Origin: the human T2T-CHM13v2.0 reference genome, Homo sapiens
Assembly: GCF_009914755.1 (NCBI RefSeq)
Contig: NC_060931.1
Length of the DNA: 64,000 nt
Direction: 5' to 3' (one strand)
Of this stretch, positions 60,226 through 64,000 are shown piece by piece (the stretch's first letter is position 1; the number at the start of each line of letters is the position of its first letter). A model generated the notes under the pieces. That model was not told the DNA's origin. It saw only the letters and a list, made by a program, of their open reading frames with translations, and did no database searches. The position numbers and the translations under genes are program-made.

Positions 60226-61044
60226 GGCCGCCTGCCCAAGGTGACACAGGCAGTGAGTGTTGGAGCTGGGAGTGAATCTAGAACCAGGGCTCACTGGAGG
60301 TGGTGGGAGCATTGCAACAGCTGACTCAGGCCAGTTATCCAGGATCTGAGGTCAGGGGGGCTGACCCTGGCAGGTGGGGACCTCCAAATTGGCCATGCTG
60401 GAGATGAATCCCCAGACAGCCCAGATGAGGCTGTGGGAGCAGCAGGTGAGTGGATTTGTGGTGGGAGGGGCTCCAGGGAGTCGGAGGACAGGCTTCTTCC
60501 CCCTCAGCTGGAGGCCTCCACATTAAGAGAACAGGGCATCTTCCTCCCCCAGCCCTGCCCTCCTGTGGCCACAGGGCCTGAAATGCCTCCATTAGAGAGA
60601 CCAGAGAAACTGCCTGGGCGAGCTGGCTCAGTGTAGATTTGGGGAACGATGGGACAGGGGACCCCATGACCTTATGACTTGTTAAAATCCCATCATAGAA
60701 GTAACTGGGGGTATCTCGTGGCCTTGGAGGCCAGCTGGGGAGATGGGGAGAGGAGGAGGAGGGCTGAAGGAGGCAGCTGAGGGTCCTGGGCTGTTCCAAG
60801 TGGGAGACCTGGGGAGGGGGTGTCCAGGCAGAAGTGGTTGGTGAGATTTCAGGGGGCAGGTCTTGGGTGGGCACCTGGCAATAGGAGCTCACCACCACGA
60901 CCACCCCAATGGCCCAGGGGGATGTGCCCCCTCTGGGCAGGTTCCTCACTGACCTGGTGAAGCTGGACACTGCCATGAAGGACTGTGTGAATGGGAGTGA
61001 GCCTGGGGCAGGCAAGTCGGGTACCAGGATCCTGAGGCTTGGGA

Positions 61045-61635
61045 GAAGGTAATTCCCTCTTGTCACTGAAGCAGCTGCATTTTTGGAGTACTTTGATCTC
61101 CTGGAGCCAGAGGGAAGGACAGGAGGCTGACAGGGCCTGAGTGGAAGACACTGAAGGGCCCTTGGGGAGGGAGTAAACTGAGGCCAATCTCTAGGGCTTT
61201 TCTCTTAATGGGCCCCCTCTTCTCCAATCCCATGCAGTCCCACCCTTTTCTCAGAGTTGGATATAAACAGATAAACAGGCCCCCTAGGAATTTGTCCATG
61301 ATTCCTGTCCCCTACCCACATCCTCCAATTGGGATGGGTCTCCTCCTCTGTGTATCAAACCCTCCCAATAAATCCAGGATGCAGAGGATGGAGCCAGGGA
61401 GTGCTCTACCCAGGGTAAGTGGGTGGGGGTCTCTGACTTCCACATCCCCACCCTCCCCAAAGTGAAGGCCCCAGCTGCTCCCCTTTTTTCCATTCTGGGT
61501 GTTGATCACATTTCCCTGGAAGACAGCCAGCCAAAGACCCTCAGAAAGGACCCTGGCCCATGACTTGCCCACATCCCCACACCCTCCCACGCTGCAAAAA
61601 TGCAGCTGCTTCAGTGACAAGGGGGAATTACCTTC
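61045..61635. repeat. 41-bp inverted repeat (61045-61085 / 61595-61635, one mismatch) bounding an inverted segment
   Basis: caaaaatgcagctgcttcagtgacaag(a/g)gggaattaccttc on opposite strands. Confidence 0.96.
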
Positions 61636-62492
61636 AGACTCAGGAGGAATATGGGGTTTGTTTCAAGTCCATGGAGTGGCACAGTCTGATTGAGAAGTGA
61701 GAGCTTAGCGGATTGACAGGAGAGGGAGTGGAGGCTGTCTTGTGGTCAGTTTCAGACAGCCTGTGGCCACGGCTCCCTGGTCGGCAGCAGGCCCTGTTGA
61801 ATGGGAGCCCTGGGCAGGCACTGGGAGGGAGGCCTGAGGTGTGGCTCCTGGATCCTCACAGCTGCTGCTCTGTCCTACAGCTACAACCTGTCCTGCTGCT
61901 GAGCCCCATCCCAGTAGGCCAGCCACACTCTCAAGGCCAAGAAGACCAGGCCATGAAGAATCTCAGGTCCACTGAGTGCCTGGGTGGCAGGGGCAGAGTG
62001 CCTCAGGGTTCAGTGAAGTTTGGGCTGAGCATGGGCTCTGTGAGTCAGACAGCTAGCTGCACAGGGCTCCCAGTTCCACCGTGACCAGCCCTGTGACTGG
62101 GGCAGGGGACTCACTGCTGTAGTATTTGGGCATCATTTTCATAAATTTAATGTGTTCATCCAATGCTTTTTTTTTTAAATCTATCTTCCTCTATAATCAC
62201 CATGTACTAATGATCTCTGTTAGTGATTGTGTTCAAATGAATAAACATGTTATATAGTGTGTATTATACTTCTTCATGATTTCGTCACTATACTGTATAA
62301 TTCCACTCATACAAGGTACTTAGAGAAATACAAAGTAGAAGACTGGTTCCCAGGGCTACAGGAAGGTAGGTGCGGGGTTTAATGGGTACAGAGTTTGAGT
62401 TTTGCAAAAACACTCCCTATAAATGTGGAGGATGCTGGTAAAACAGTGTGAATGTACTTAATTCCTTTGACCGGCACACTTAAAAATTGTTA

Positions 62493-64000
<1,508 letters not shown>

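Larger units (their letters stand above)
58654..62245 (+). pseudogene. Unprocessed RALGDS/RGL4 (Rgr)-family pseudogene, 3' half of the CDC25 RasGEF domain. Exons 58654-58722, 60374-60445, 60918-60992, 61515-61483 (inverted), 61100-61045 (inverted) continuing at 61595-61696, and 61881 onward
   Basis: Exon peptides KSSRKFKNLFRKDSTLSR(D)LHIK, VGTSKLAMLEMNPQTAQMRLWEQQ, GDVPPLGRFLTDLVKLDTAMKDCVN, GNVINTQNGKK, EIKVLQ(K)MQLLQ..NYLQTQEEYGVCFKSMEWHSLIE and YNLSC..PSQ* correspond in order to RALGDS/RGL4 exons. Broken donors and frameshifts; AATAAA 62240-62245. Confidence 0.9.

Noticed and set aside
60335-61066. 243-aa minus-strand ORF, the longest in the track
   Set aside because: Antisense to the RGL4-like exons and GC-rich introns, starts inside the inversion repeat, low-complexity and no recognisable domain.

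Overview
Primate genomic DNA, almost certainly human. It is very Alu-dense and has no intact annotatable protein-coding gene. The window is a mosaic of gene relics. (1) 1.5-19.5 kb: a chain of short exon-like blocks in non-repeat islands that splice in mutually compatible phases into a Cys-rich ~245-aa reading I cannot assign to any known protein; this is a candidate lost multi-exon gene. (2) 13.2 kb: a full-length TMA7 retrocopy. (3) 23-31 kb: ERV1 (MER4-group/LOR1-like) remnants. (4) 31.3-48.6 kb: a KRAB-less, decayed ZNF91-subfamily zinc-finger gene whose intron carries an ancient internal duplication, a 3'UTR-only retrocopy (probably UBE2Q1) and a 5'-truncated SVA. (5) 58.6-62.2 kb: an unprocessed RALGDS/RGL4-family pseudogene with an internal ~590-bp inversion bounded by a 41-bp inverted duplication. 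(6) From ~62.95 kb to the window end: a GABPA processed pseudogene whose ATG is ACG but whose frame stays open for all 279 visible codons. GABPA retrocopy plus ZNF91-type relic suggests the GABPAP locus at 7q11.21 (inference from recall). Nearly all ORFs in the supplied track are Alu/SVA/L1 artefacts. Repeat subfamily names and parent-gene comparisons are from memory, not from database searches.
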